Shown piece by piece: positions 21,475 to 33,346 of a DNA stretch of 64,000 bases. This stretch comes from Candidatus Bathyarchaeota archaeon. GTDB taxonomy: Archaea > Thermoproteota > Bathyarchaeia > Bathyarchaeales > Bathycorpusculaceae. The position numbers and the translations under genes are program-made. Numbering within the stretch: the stretch's first letter is position 1; every line of letters begins with the position of its first letter. The DNA lies in the NCBI GenBank assembly GCA_963720565.1, contig CAVRFW010000002.1, positions 52,011 through 116,010 on the forward strand, given 5' to 3'. The notes under the pieces were generated by a model. That model was not told where the DNA came from. It made no database searches and saw only the letters and a list, made by a program, of their open reading frames with translations.

Positions 21475-21976
21475 ATGAAATCAGCAATCAAAATACGTAA
21501 CTATCGAGACATCGATAAGGAAGCCTGCCGCTTGCTCTGGAGAGAGCTGACCGAGCGCCACAGAGAAATCTACCAAGAGCCAACAATCGGCGGCGAACAT
21601 CCGGAAGAATATTTTGACAAATATCTGAACAAGGTTGGACCTGCAAGAATTTGGATTGCCATAATAGACTCGGAAGTTGTCGGACTAACTGGACTTGACG
21701 TCTCTGGCTACGAGGCAGAAATAGAACCCCTCATAGTCACAAAGGCACACAGAAACAAGGGAGTAGGAACCAAACTATTAGAAAAAGTCATTGCTGAGGC
21801 ACGCACGATCGGAATTAGCTTAAACGTTTCGCCAGTTGCAAGAAATGTTGAGGCCATTCGATTTTTCCACAAGGCAGGGTTCAACAAACTTGGAAGAGTC
21901 GCAGATGTTTATAGGTTTCTCAAACCGAACATGGAAACGATATTTGGAACTCTATGGATGCAAACTGAACTACTAG
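21475..21976 (+). CDS. GNAT N-acetyltransferase (frameshift ~21900)
   Basis: LIVTKAHRNKGVGTKLL; NVEAIRFFHKAGF. Confidence 0.85.
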
Positions 21977-22093
21977 ACGATAGCAAAGAAAATCATCATT
22001 GGCTCCGCAAAACTTGATTTAGCAAACCTGCGGGCTAAGCTTCCAAAAAAAGGTGGAAGACGAGACTGGAAATGAAACCACCCAAAACCAAGT

Positions 22094-22303
22094 TTATTTC
22101 TTTCTTTCTACAACGAATGCAATTTTCACGTTTGCCCTGTATTCAACGATTTTGTTTTTCTCAATAACTGCTTTGCAGCTTTTCACATAGATAGACTTGA
22201 TGTTGTCAACGGTCCTTGCAGCTTCTGCTAACGCATTCTTAACAGCGTCTTCCCAGTTGGTTTGAGAGCTACCTATCAGCTCAATTATTTTCACAACAGT
22301 CAT
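22094..22303 (-). CDS. Dodecin family protein
   Basis: VVKIIELIGSS...WEDAVKNA...EYRANVKIAFVV. Confidence 0.9.
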   Translation of the reverse strand: MTVVKIIELIGSSQTNWEDAVKNALAEAARTVDNIKSIYVKSCKAVIEKNKIVEYRANVKIAFVVERKK

Positions 22304-22496
22304 ATCTCTCAACTCTGCAATAATTATTGGGTGCAAACTAGTTATTGTTTTTGGTCCAACCGCTATGCATGCAAAGCAAGTTTTTTTGGAAATGAACGAG
22401 ATTTCTAGGTGCATCATATGGGTATAGTAACACTCGATCCCACGACTTGGTAATCGTTCAAATGGCAAATGCCTTGAAGATTCTCAAGGCTTGCAC

Positions 22497-22706
22497 TCAG
22501 AGCTTGAAAAACAAAGGATTCTTTGCTCCGCATTTGGAGCAGTAACGTTCTATCATAACTGTCCAATTTCCGCATACTTTGCATTTCGCCTGAATCTTCA
22601 TACCACAGCTAGGGCAGAAATACTCATGGTCCTCTAGTGGAGTACAGTAAAGTAGCCTCCCCAAATCATAACGGCACCTTGGACAAACCTGTTCTGGTAT
22701 TCCCAT
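22497..22706 (-). CDS. Double zinc ribbon protein
   Basis: Four CxxC pairs. Confidence 0.75.
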   Translation of the reverse strand: MGIPEQVCPRCRYDLGRLLYCTPLEDHEYFCPSCGMKIQAKCKVCGNWTVMIERYCSKCGAKNPLFFKL

Positions 22707-23096
22707 AACGACACTACAATAGTCTTTAGATTGAAATGTCTTACGATTCAGGAGCGGGTAGTTCCAAGAATCATATTATCTACTTCGATAACCAGTCAAC
22801 TGGAATGTGAAACTGGGGTCATATCGTGTTAGATATCCTCATTGCATCGCAAAACGCGTGTGCTATTGATACGCGTTCAAGGCAGGAAATCCGTTAACAG
22901 TTGCTTCAAATCCAGCAATATTCCATTTCAAGATGTGGATATCTCGATTAGCGTGCGCAGTAAGATGCGTATACCTCGCCTATCGTTAAGTAATCTTCTC
23001 CAAATTGAACCTTAATCCAAACCAAAATCAAGTCTGCAACCGCAAAAAATGCATAGGAAACATCTGCATTCCTAACGCGTGTTCGGAACATGTTCC

Positions 23097-23849
23097 TCAG
23101 CTAATTATGGCAAGTAAACCAAGAGTTAGAATGAAACCCACGATTAATCCGAAAGAAGTCAAATGTTCGTGCCCATGCTCATGAGCTATTGGAATCAGCT
23201 CGTCCACAGTGATAAATACCATCACTCCTGCCGCGAAAGACAAGGCAAATGGGACCAATCCGGGCATAACAGTAAGAAGCAAAGCCGCAACCACCGCCCC
23301 CAATGGTTCTGCCAACCCTGCAAGCAAAGCAATTCGAAACGCGGACCGCCTTGAAGTTCCGCTCATACGAAGAGGCAAAGCTATGGCTATACCTTCAGGT
23401 ACGTTATGCAGCGCAATTGCCACGGCTATTATTAAGCCAATTTCCGGGGAAAAGAAATACCCTGAAGCGACAGCGATACCCTCCGGAAAATTATGTAAAG
23501 TTATGCCGATGGCAATCAACGTGCCTTTCCTAAGCATTTTCGCATCAATAGCTCCTTTTTCACGCACTATGTGTGTGTGGGGCAAAAGAAAATCCAAGAC
23601 GAAAAGCAAGACAGTGCCCGCAATAAAACCCACGGCTACTTGAAACAAACCGGATATTCTCAAGGAGTCAAACATAAGTTCCATAAACGAAAGCATTATC
23701 ATCAAACCAGCAGCCAAACCTATCAAGAAAACAAAAAGGCGCTCCCCAGGTTTTCTTACAAGAACTACGAGTCCGCCTAGAGCCGTTCCTAAACCCGCTA
23801 GAGCGCTCAGCAAAATAATTACCGGGATATCAGCAGCCAACTGCACCAC
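23097..23849 (-). CDS. ZIP family metal transporter (ZupT/GufA-like)
   Basis: LHNFPEG and LHNVPEG motifs; DELIP; His-rich loops. Confidence 0.92.
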   Translation of the reverse strand: MVQLAADIPVIILLSALAGLGTALGGLVVLVRKPGERLFVFLIGLAAGLMIMLSFMELMFDSLRISGLFQVAVGFIAGTVLLFVLDFLLPHTHIVREKGAIDAKMLRKGTLIAIGITLHNFPEGIAVASGYFFSPEIGLIIAVAIALHNVPEGIAIALPLRMSGTSRRSAFRIALLAGLAEPLGAVVAALLLTVMPGLVPFALSFAAGVMVFITVDELIPIAHEHGHEHLTSFGLIVGFILTLGLLAIIS

Positions 23850-24154
23850 TCGTTCTTATCTCTTCAAAACATTTCCAGCGACATTTCACTTAATATGTTT
23901 TGTGAACGATAAAGAAAACAAATGCAAGCATGTTTTCACTTTAACTAACCTCTGCTCAGTCTGGGTCAGTCGTTTGCTCGCTCCTCTTTTAAACCCTCCA
24001 AGCTTATGTTGTCCACGAGTTTGCGAGTCTTGCCATCCCCAGAAAAGAGTCCAACGCACAACATCTGTCTCTCCCGCATTGTCTCTTGTTTTCTGAGTGG
24101 AAAACAAGGAAAACGCCAAACTCCCCTCATTTTTCCCGCAAGCGGTGAAGTCTG

Positions 24155-24420
24155 TTGAGTGTGAAAGAGGTTTTCAGCTCAAAAATGAGAATAAAAATTT
24201 TCAAACTGCTATTCACATACGGACAAATGAACACTTCGCGTCTCACCGAAAGTTGAGAACAGACCATAGACTTGCACTGAAACATCTGGAAATGCTAGAA
24301 GAGGAAGGCCTGGTTCAGCACAGAACAAGCGGGAGAACCTGGTTCTACAAGTTTGCCAACACCGTAGGAGCAAATGCTACTGCCAAGCTTCTTGAAGAAT
24401 GGGAAACGAATAATGCTTAG
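24155..24420 (+). CDS. ArsR-like winged-HTH regulator (frameshift ~24250)
   Basis: MSVKEVFSSKMRIKIFKLLFTYGQMNTS / LKHLEMLEEEGLVQHRTSGRTWFYKF; GGTGA RBS. Confidence 0.75.
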
Positions 24421-24541
24421 AGCGTGCCCAAATAGGAAAAAGCAGACTTCAAATAATCAATATGCGCAAACAAAGAAATTCCTGAATAAAAGAAGCGAAG
24501 GTAAATAGCAAGTTAACCCAGCCGAAACAAAAGGTTTGCTC

Positions 24542-24604
24542 TCACCATTCGTCTCCTTCTTCATCCCAACCTTCATCGTCTTCAACGTACTCTTCATCTG
24601 ACAT
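24542..24604 (-). CDS. 20-aa acidic micropeptide MSDEEYVEDDEGWDEEGDEW (not in ORF track)
   Basis: TGAGGTG RBS 7 nt upstream; BRE/TATA-like AAAAGATTTAGTAAC further upstream; strong GAN codon periodicity. Confidence 0.6.
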   Translation of the reverse strand: MSDEEYVEDDEGWDEEGDEW

Positions 24605-24745
24605 CCGCAAACACCTCACACGCAGCGGTATGGCAATGGAAGTTACTAAATCTTTTCATAACAAGGAAACTAATAAAAACACATACTAACTAGCGAGAGT
24701 TTGCATTGAAAGTGAGTAAGAAATTGATGATTTTGTCCATCGTGT

Positions 24746-25384
24746 TTATTGAATAGTTGCCAAGTAGTGCGCTATCCCAAGCAGAATGAATTGAACGGCT
24801 ATAGCCGCTAGCAAAAGAGACATGACTCGCGCAATAACCACTGATCCTGTTTTACCTAATACCTTGTAGATTGGATTGATATATCGCAAGATGAGCCAAG
24901 TGAAAAGCATAACAATCAAGACTGAAACAATTGAAACGAGAATGCCATAGGTCTGAAAGTTAAGTATTGTCGTGGTTATGGCACCCGGACCCACAAGAAG
25001 AGGCATGGCAATGGGAACTGCTCCAAGACCCTCCACCGACTCAGTACTCTCGTAAAGTGAACCCGAAACCAGAATTTTCATCGACGTAATCAAGAGGAGA
25101 AGCCCACCAGCAACTTGAAAACTGTTAATCGAGATTCCAAAAATAAGAAATATTTCTTGACCGGTAAAGGCAAACACAAGCAGAAGGGCTATTCCAACAA
25201 TGATAGCTGTGTTAAAAATTTTCCTGCGTTCAGCATCAGTCAATTTCTCGGTTAGTCCCATAAAAATAGGAACGTTTCCAAAAGGATCCACAATAATGAA
25301 TAAGACAATGGCGGCCTTTACGACGTTTCCAAGCGTGCTGACTATCGCTTCGGACATAGAACCATCGGTAATCATATTTGGCAT
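24746..25384 (-). CDS. MarC family membrane protein
   Basis: VDPFGNVPIF; AVPIAMPLLVGPGAITT; RVMSLLLAAIAVQF. Confidence 0.92.
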   Translation of the reverse strand: MPNMITDGSMSEAIVSTLGNVVKAAIVLFIIVDPFGNVPIFMGLTEKLTDAERRKIFNTAIIVGIALLLVFAFTGQEIFLIFGISINSFQVAGGLLLLITSMKILVSGSLYESTESVEGLGAVPIAMPLLVGPGAITTTILNFQTYGILVSIVSVLIVMLFTWLILRYINPIYKVLGKTGSVVIARVMSLLLAAIAVQFILLGIAHYLATIQ

Positions 25385-25503
25385 GAACTAAATAAAAGCG
25401 TTAACCAGAAGCCCAGCAAAAACCTGGCTATCTAATGTATTAACTTTTTCAGCGAGAACTGAAATCAGTTCCTGCAGAGCGGGTTTTGGCAAGCGACTGA
25501 GCA

Positions 25504-25854
25504 TCACATTTCATAATCTGTGCTTCTTTCAGGCAAAATCTTCAGCAGTTTCACAATTTTGGCCTCGTCCACATCCTCTAGCGAATAAAACTTGACGTGC
25601 CTCATTATCTTGCCTTTACCTTCGAGCAACGCCATATGGTTCTCCGACAAGCCTTTCACTGAAAATCCCAGGTTCACGTGGTCTCTTAGAGCAACTACAT
25701 AGAATTTGCCTTCATACCAAGGCACCCCCATTTTAACCTCTTCTTTGATAGTCGGGAAGGTCTTAAGAATAATACTTCTTAACCGCTGAATAATCTCCCT
25801 CATCGGAGACTTCTGTTTTTGCGCATACTCTCCTACATCCAAGTCTTTTTTCAC
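25504..25854 (-). CDS. DUF1801 (YdhG-like) protein
   Basis: EEVKMGVPWY...HVNLGF...LLEGKGKIMRHVK. Confidence 0.8.
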   Translation of the reverse strand: MKKDLDVGEYAQKQKSPMREIIQRLRSIILKTFPTIKEEVKMGVPWYEGKFYVVALRDHVNLGFSVKGLSENHMALLEGKGKIMRHVKFYSLEDVDEAKIVKLLKILPERSTDYEM

Positions 25855-27569
25855 CAGTCTTCGGATTATCTTTCAAGTCACAAATAAACGTGATGTTTAC
25901 AGTTGAAACCATCTCTGAGTTTAGCGAGATCTTATCAAAACCGCCTTTTTCGCTTTTCCCACCCAACTCGGGTTGGAACTCGTTTCTTATTTTCATCTCT
26001 CGTCGCTTCTTGTTGTATCCCAAGGCGTAGCCATGCGTGGCGTCCCTTATCTGCCTAACCAGAAGCATCATTCGACTTTTTGAGTCAAACTTGTGTGGCA
26101 AAGCGTCATCAGGCAAGTAGATCTCCTCACGTTCTTTCGCCAAGCCAATCAGAGGAAGTTGCAATCCAAGCTTTTGCAGAGCTTTTTTCGCTGCGGATAC
26201 TTGCCCATGGCCACCGTCAACGATTATCAAGTCCGGCAATGAAGCTTTCTCGTCTAGAAGGCGTTTGTATCTCCTTGTTACTATTTCGTTGATGCTTGCG
26301 AAATCGTCCTGCCCCGGAGCAGTCTTGATTCTGAACCTGCGGTAGTTGCGTTTATCTGGTTTGGCTGTCTGTAAATCGCACCATGCCTGCGACGACGTGC
26401 TCAACTCCCAAGTTGGAGACATCAAAGCATTCAATTACGCGGGGAAGTAATGGAAGACTAAGGGCAGTCTGCAAATCAACCAAAGCACTGTCCTCATCCA
26501 AAGCGGATTCAATGTTTTTCTCAACAAGCTTGATTAATCCGTGTTTGTCGCCTCTTTTGGGAACAGTCAGAGTAACATTCCCACGCCTCTTCGAAGAAAG
26601 AAACTCCTCCAAAGCCTTCTTCTCTGAAAAATCCACCCAGCATTGCGTATTTAGCAAAATTTCCCTTGGAATCTGATTCACGGAGTAGAAAGCCTTCAAG
26701 AAGTCTTGTTCGACCTGTGGCTGCAAATCCATGGAAAACTCCTTTTTCCCAAGCAGTACACCTTTTCTTATGCCCATTTGAACCGCAAGAACCTTCTCTC
26801 CGAACCGTCTGAAAGCTAAAACATCCTGATCAAACCGTCTCTCGTTGTCCACTATCTGACGCTCCGTGAGAAGCCTAATGGAGGCAATTTGATTGCGCAA
26901 TTCAAGAGCACGCTCGAATTTCTGCTCTTTAGAAGCAATGTTCATCTGCAGGAGAAGAATCTCCATGGTTTTCTCATAATTGCCATTCAAGAAGAAGCGA
27001 GCCAACTCAACCTGTTCTGCGTATTGTACATTAGTGACATTTCCTACACACGGTGCAGTGCAAAGACCAATGTGAAAGTTGAGGCATGCTCTCTTCGGAA
27101 ATTTCTTGCAGACCCGGAGCTTGAAAATTCTAACAACGAGCCTCTGCAAATCTTGTCTTGTGAAACCGTCTGTGTAGGGTCCAAACGACTCCAGTTTCCG
27201 GGAGATCTTCCTGCTGGTCAATATTCTGGGAAAGTCTTCTCTGGTTAGGGCAATGTAAGCAAACGTCTTTGCGTCTTTGAGATTGATGTTGTACTTAGGC
27301 ATGTGCTGTTTGACAAGCTTGTTCTCGAGCAGAAGGGCTTCAACCTCATTGTTCACAACAATCCAATCAATACAGCGGACTCTAGATACAAGATGCCTAG
27401 TCTTGGCCGGCTGTTCAGATTCGGAGAAATATGTTCGGACGCGGGAACGGAGGTTTTTCGCCTTCCCGATGTAGAGCACTTCTTCTTTTTCATCCTTGAA
27501 CAGGTAGACTCCTGGATTTGCAGGGATGCTGGCGCTCTTGAATTCTGAAGGATTGACTAGAGGTATCAA
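25763..27569 (-). CDS. uvrC: Excinuclease ABC subunit C (frameshift ~26360; 3' end uncertain, no HhH2 domain visible)
   Basis: [21 protein letters not shown]; CxxPC cluster; UVR domain; FDVSN, IIVDGG, RDATH. Confidence 0.92.
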
Positions 27570-30489
27570 CTGGAAGGCTCCGCCACACCACTTGCTCTCG
27601 AAAGACCTAGTTGGAGTACTCTTCGCAAGAAGCAACCAGTGTATGAGTGTATGTTTCCAGCAACCTCTTCAGGTGTGCCCTGCGCGAGAATTTCTCCACC
27701 AGATTCTCCGCCTTCAGGACCCAAATCGATTATGTGGTCACAGCTCTTTATCACGTCCAAGTTGTGCTCTATGACATACACCGTGTTTCCCTTCGCAACA
27801 AGCCTGTTCAATACCGCTATTAACCTCTTAGCATCGTCAAAATGAAGACCTGTTGTCGGCTCATCAAGCATGTAGACAACATGACCAGATTTGTGCTTGC
27901 TGAGTTCACGAGTTATTTTGATGCGTTGGCTTTCGCCTCCTGAAAGCGTGGTTGAACTCTGCCCAAGTTTTATGTAGCCTAAACCGACATCGAGAAGTGT
28001 CTGCAGTTTCCTGGCAAGCAGAGGTATGTTCTCGAAAAATTGGGCTGCCTCTTCTACCGTCATATCCAATACTTCTGCAATGTTCTTTCCCTTGTACAGA
28101 ACACTGAGCGTTTCCGTATTGTAACGTTTACCCTTACAGTCACTGCATTGCACATAGACGTCGGGAAGAAAGTTCATCTCGATTCGAAGCACACCGTCGC
28201 CTTGACAAGTTTCACATCTTCCTCCTTTCACGTTGAAACTGAATCGTCCCGGGTTGTAGCCGCGCGTCTTGGCTTCTTTTGTAGAAGCGAAAATCCGCCT
28301 TATTTCGTCGAAGAGTTTAGTGTATGTTGCAGGGTTACTACGCGGTGTTCTTCCAATGGGGTCCTGGTCGATGACTATGACGTTGTTTACGAATCTTGGA
28401 ACACTGATGGTTTCGTGCTTACCAATTTTGTCAATTCTCTCACCGAACATCTCCCTTAACACGGGCATAACAGTCTGATTCATCAGTGTGCTCTTCCCCG
28501 ACCCTGAAACACCTGCAATTCCACATAGTACTCCCAAAGGAAGATTGACAGTAAGGTTCTTCAGATTGTTCTCTTTTGCCCCAGTAATCGTGATAAAACC
28601 ACAAGGTTTCCGCCTCTCCTCAGGCACCTCAATTCTTAACTCGCCTGAAAGGTATTTGCCAGTGATACTTTTTCGGTTCTTCATGATTTCTTCCGGAACA
28701 CCTGCAGATACTATGTGTCCACCGTGGACCCCTGCCCCAGGACCCATATCCACAACATAGTCTGCACTCCGTATGGTTTCTTCATCATGCTCCACCACAA
28801 TCAAAGTATTACCTAGATTCCGAAGCCGATGCAGAGTGCTGATGAGTTTGGCATTATCCCTTTGGTGAAGCCCTATACTAGGCTCGTCAAGGATGTACAG
28901 GACACCCATGAGGTTGCTGCCAATTTGCGTAGCTAGCCGAATTCTCTGGGCTTCACCTCCTGAAAGCGTCCTAGCAGCCCTAGAAAGTGAAAGGTATCCC
29001 AAGCCAACATTCTTCAGGAAGCCTAATCGCTCGTTGATTTCCTTGAGTACCTGCTTGGCGATTATCAGTCTCTTTCTCGTTCAGCTGAGAAGGCAAATTG
29101 GCGAAGAAATCCACCGCCTGTTCAATCGACAGATCCGTAACGTCGATGATGTTCTTGTTCTAGAATATGCACCGCAAGCACAACTGGTTTCAAGCGTTTC
29201 CCATTGCAGGAATTGCAAGGACTGGACTTCATGAACTTCTCAATTTCTTCTTTTCGCCACTCACTCTCAGTTTGGCGATAGAGCCTCATCGTTTGAGGAA
29301 TAACACCTTCCCAACCCTCGCGCATCCACATGTTGGCTCCGTTTGACCAGTTCCCATTAATGGGCTCTTTATCCCCGTAAAGAAGTACTGCAAGTTGCTT
29401 TTCAGTGAAATCCTTTATCGGGGTAAAAACGTCAAACCCGTGCCTCTTTCCTACCATGGCCAGTTGCTGTGCACGCCAACTTAGGTCCATCCTTCCGTAA
29501 ACCGCTAAAGCACCATCCATAATCGACTTGCTTCTGTCCGGCACGATTAGGTCTTCAGAGACCTCGGTGATTTCGCCCAACCCATGACACGATGGACAAG
29601 CACCGAAAGGAGAGTTGAACGAAAACATGCGCGGTTCAAGACTTTCAAAGACGATTTCGGGATGATTGGGACAAGCACCAAAAGTGCTTAACACAGCCTC
29701 ATCTTCAAAACGCGTCATTTCCTTTTTCTTATCTGCAACCGCGTTTTCCGCATCAATGACTATCATAGTCCCTTTGCCAACTAGCAGGGACTGCTCCACG
29801 GCTTCCACAATTCGAGAGCGCTCCTCATCCCCGATTTTAACAGTGTCTACGACCGCTTCGATCCAATGCTTTTCGTACCTTACAAGCTTAACTTCCTCTT
29901 TAACAGACTCGGACTGGTAGATCTGCTGGTCTACCCTGATTTTGGTAAATCCTTCTTTCTTCAAATCATCAAATACTTGTTCATGAGTTCCTTTCATTCC
30001 CCTAATAACAGGAGCTAGAAAAATCAGCGCCTTGCCTTTTTCAGTTGCCATTACTAGATTGGCTATGTTTTCAGGACTTCGAGGATGTATAGCGCTTCCG
30101 CACTTTGGACAATGGTGCGTTCCTATCCTGGCGAAGAGCAACCGAAGATAGTCATAAATCTCCGTGACTGTTCCGACGGTCGAACGGGGATTCTTGCTTG
30201 TGCTTTTTTGCTCTATTGAAATAGCAGGAGACAAACCATCTATAGAATCCACATCGGGTTTGTCCATTAAACCCAAGAATTGCCTAGCGTAGGCACTGAG
30301 GCTTTCGACGTATCTCCTTTGGCCTTCAGCGTAAATAGTGTCAAAAGCCAAGGTAGACTTCCCTGAACCTGAAAGACCAGTGATAACGATTAGCTTGTTT
30401 CGTGGCAGTTCCACATCTATGTTTTTGAGATTATGCTCTCGAGCGCCCTTGACAGAAATCGTGTCCCGCATCGCTACCCTCATCCCCAA
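27566..30489 (-). CDS. uvrA: Excinuclease ABC subunit A (two indels ~29160 and ~29070)
   Basis: [37 protein letters not shown], second Walker A GVSGSGKS, zinc fingers. Confidence 0.96.
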
Positions 30490-30540
30490 ATTATTTTTTG
30501 ATGAATCCTACCGTGTAACAACCTAAGCATTAGAACTTTT

Positions 30541-32511
30541 TTATCCCATACGTGTCTTCTCGATGGGGGTGCTGTTCCGCTTCTCTTTAAGATCAAGAGT
30601 CCGTGTCAGTTCCGCGATTGCATCTCTGAACTCGATCGCTTTCTCGAAATCCAATTTTTCAGCAGCCTCTTTCATTCGAGCATCAAACTCAACAATCTGG
30701 TTATGAATGTCTGACACAGCAAGGTGCTTAGCACCTCTTATCTTGCCCTCCTTGTGGGAAACACCTTTCACTATCGTTCGAGGTGTTATCCCGTGAACAC
30801 TGTTGAAACGCATCTGGAACTTGCGACGGTATTTGGTGATTTCCACAGCGCGCTTAATCGATCGAGTTTTCACGTCAGCATAGAGTACTACTCGGCCATT
30901 GACGTTTCGTGCTGCCCGCCCTATTGTTTGGATGAGACTGCGTTCGTCTCTCAGGAAGCCTTCTTTGTCTGCGTCTAAGATGAATATGGTAGCCACTTCC
31001 GGAATGTCCAAACCTTCCCGAAGTAGATTGATGCCCACTAGGATATCGAATTCTCCTACGCGGAGTTGGCGGACAAGTTCTATGCGGTCAAGGCTTTCAA
31101 TTTCGGAGTGAAGATACCTTACTCGGAAGCCCTCTTTGGCAAGATAATTCGACAGGTCCTCAGCCATACGCTTCGTGAGTGTCGTAATCAATATGCGGTC
31201 ACCCTTATCAATCGTTTTCTTTGCCTCTTGCATGAGGTGCTGCATCTGTCCTTCAATGCTATGTAGTTCTACTTCAGGGTCAAGCAGACCTGTAGGGCGC
31301 GTGATGACTTCTACTGGCGGGCCACTCTTTTCTAGTTCGTATTCGGCTGGAGTGGCTGAAACAAAGAGGGTTTTGCCCATCTTTTTTTCGAATTCTTCGA
31401 ACTTGAGGGGGCGATTGTCGAACGCGCTGGGGAGGCGAAAGCCATAGTCAACTAGATTTTTCTTTCGTGCATAGTCGCCATTGTACATTGCTCGGGACTG
31501 AGGGATAGTCTGGTGACTCTCGTCGATTATGAGAAGATAATCTTTCGGGAAGTAGTCAATGAGAACGAAAGGCGGTTCACCCGGGTTGCGTCCGTCGAAA
31601 TGCCGACTGTAATTCTCGATTCCCGCACAAAAACCTATTTCATTGATCATTTCTAAATCGTAGTTGGTTCTTTGTTTGAGACGTTGCGCTTCTAGCGGTG
31701 GAAGTTCTTCAAGCCTATGGACGAGCTCTTGCTTTATTTTTCCGAGTGCACGCTGCTGTTTTTCCTCAGGAACCACATATTGACGGGCTGGATAAAGCGT
31801 AACCCTATCGACCACGAGCTTCGTGTCACCTGTCAACGCCTCAACCTCCTTGATTTGCCTGACTCTTCCCATTTCAAGCTCGACACGAATGATATCGTTC
31901 TCGTAGGCTGGAACCACATCCACAGTGTCTCCTCTTACACGAAACCTGCCCGGTTCAAGAAAAGAATCATTACGCTCGTACTGCATATCGATTAGCGAAT
32001 GTATGAGGTTTTGACGATTGACTTCTTCTCCTAACTCCAAAGTGACAGCCATTGTTTTGTAGTCTTCAGGATTCCCAAGGCTGTAGATGCAGCTAATACT
32101 GGAAACAATGATTGTGTCTTCGCGACTTACGATGCTGGATACCGCGTGCATACGCATTTTCTCAATTTGTTCGTTCACGCTGGAGTCCTTTTCGATGTAA
32201 GTGTCAGTTGTCGGGAGATAGGACTCTGGCTGGTAATAATCGTAGAAGCTTATGAAATACTCGACACGATTATTTGGAAAAAGCGCCTTGAGTTCAGCAT
32301 AGAGCTGCGCGGCCAACGTTTTGTTATGCGCTATTATGAGAGTAGGTTTCTGCAAACGATTAATCACATTTGCCATAACAAAGGTTTTGCCGCAGCCTGT
32401 GATTCCCAGCAGTGTTTGTTTTTGCTTCCTTGAGAAGTCCTCAACGATCTTCTGCACTGCTGCCTCTTGACCCGGTGAAGGTTCAAAAGGCGCCTTCAGC
32501 TCAAACTGCAC
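30541..32511 (-). CDS. uvrB: Excinuclease ABC subunit B
   Basis: GITGCGKT, YDYYQPE, DESH, QTIGRAARN, C-terminal UVR domain; intact ORF. Confidence 0.97.
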   Translation of the reverse strand: MQFELKAPFEPSPGQEAAVQKIVEDFSRKQKQTLLGITGCGKTFVMANVINRLQKPTLIIAHNKTLAAQLYAELKALFPNNRVEYFISFYDYYQPESYLPTTDTYIEKDSSVNEQIEKMRMHAVSSIVSREDTIIVSSISCIYSLGNPEDYKTMAVTLELGEEVNRQNLIHSLIDMQYERNDSFLEPGRFRVRGDTVDVVPAYENDIIRVELEMGRVRQIKEVEALTGDTKLVVDRVTLYPARQYVVPEEKQQRALGKIKQELVHRLEELPPLEAQRLKQRTNYDLEMINEIGFCAGIENYSRHFDGRNPGEPPFVLIDYFPKDYLLIIDESHQTIPQSRAMYNGDYARKKNLVDYGFRLPSAFDNRPLKFEEFEKKMGKTLFVSATPAEYELEKSGPPVEVITRPTGLLDPEVELHSIEGQMQHLMQEAKKTIDKGDRILITTLTKRMAEDLSNYLAKEGFRVRYLHSEIESLDRIELVRQLRVGEFDILVGINLLREGLDIPEVATIFILDADKEGFLRDERSLIQTIGRAARNVNGRVVLYADVKTRSIKRAVEITKYRRKFQMRFNSVHGITPRTIVKGVSHKEGKIRGAKHLAVSDIHNQIVEFDARMKEAAEKLDFEKAIEFRDAIAELTRTLDLKEKRNSTPIEKTRMG

Positions 32512-32603
32512 TCTTCTCCCCCGTGGCGCAACAAGAAGTATTCACAAGCGATTTAAGGACTTATAAGAGTTTGCGGAAATATATCTAAAATCTCACAGGC
32601 TAA

Positions 32604-33204
32604 TCATCTTGCAGTTATTTCTACACTATCAGCAAAATAGGACATCTCAGTCTCCCATCTAACCGAAATTCCGAAAGCAACAAAAACCTCGCCTAGACTG
32701 CCTGTGTTGATTCCGACTGAAAGACTGTATGCTTTCCACCCTGCTACTTGATCGGCAGCGCCCAAGACATGGAAATCGTCTTCAACTTCGGAGTTGTCTT
32801 CACCTATATAGGCCACAACCTCTGCTATGGTGTTGAAGCTTTCAGATGGACTCCACAATTGAAATGACAAGGTAACTATCTTTGCAGAATTTGGCTGAAA
32901 TTTTAGCTTTCGCTCTAACCATATGGTTCCGTCATCCTGTCTTCCGTCGATTTGAAATAAAACAGAATAGTCACCGGAAAAACTGTTGTCTGATGTGCGC
33001 TCAATCTTCCACGCTACTGTTTCGTCTGGATTATTAGGGTCTTCAGGAACTTGAGAATCAAGGGTCCAATCGCTAAAACCTTTCTCAAAACTATCTGAGA
33101 AGAAAGTCCGGTTCAGGCTGCAGTTTCGGAAGCAGAAGCCATACTGCCATGATCACCATGGCAGAAATGACTGCGGTTGTAATCAAGACGAGCCTTTTAT
33201 TCAT
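32604..33204 (-). CDS. Membrane-anchored secreted hypothetical protein (frameshift ~33107)
   Basis: N-terminal TM MNKRLVLITTAVISAM...; continues FFSDSFEKGFSDW...DGRQDDGTIW into ORF 32604-32870. Confidence 0.65.
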
Positions 33205-33346
33205 AATTTTTCAGCTAAATGCATAGGCAAAGCCTGTAATTAAAACTTGGCCACTCAGAATCAGGCAAGTTTCTCTCATCGAAACTTCTTTTCTAAGATA
33301 CAAGCCACTGTATCTATGATGCGCTAATTTGTAGAGACAAGAGAAA

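Noticed and set aside
22710..23095. Long intergenic stretch as ncRNA or pseudogene
   Set aside because: No convincing stems or protein motifs found in any frame
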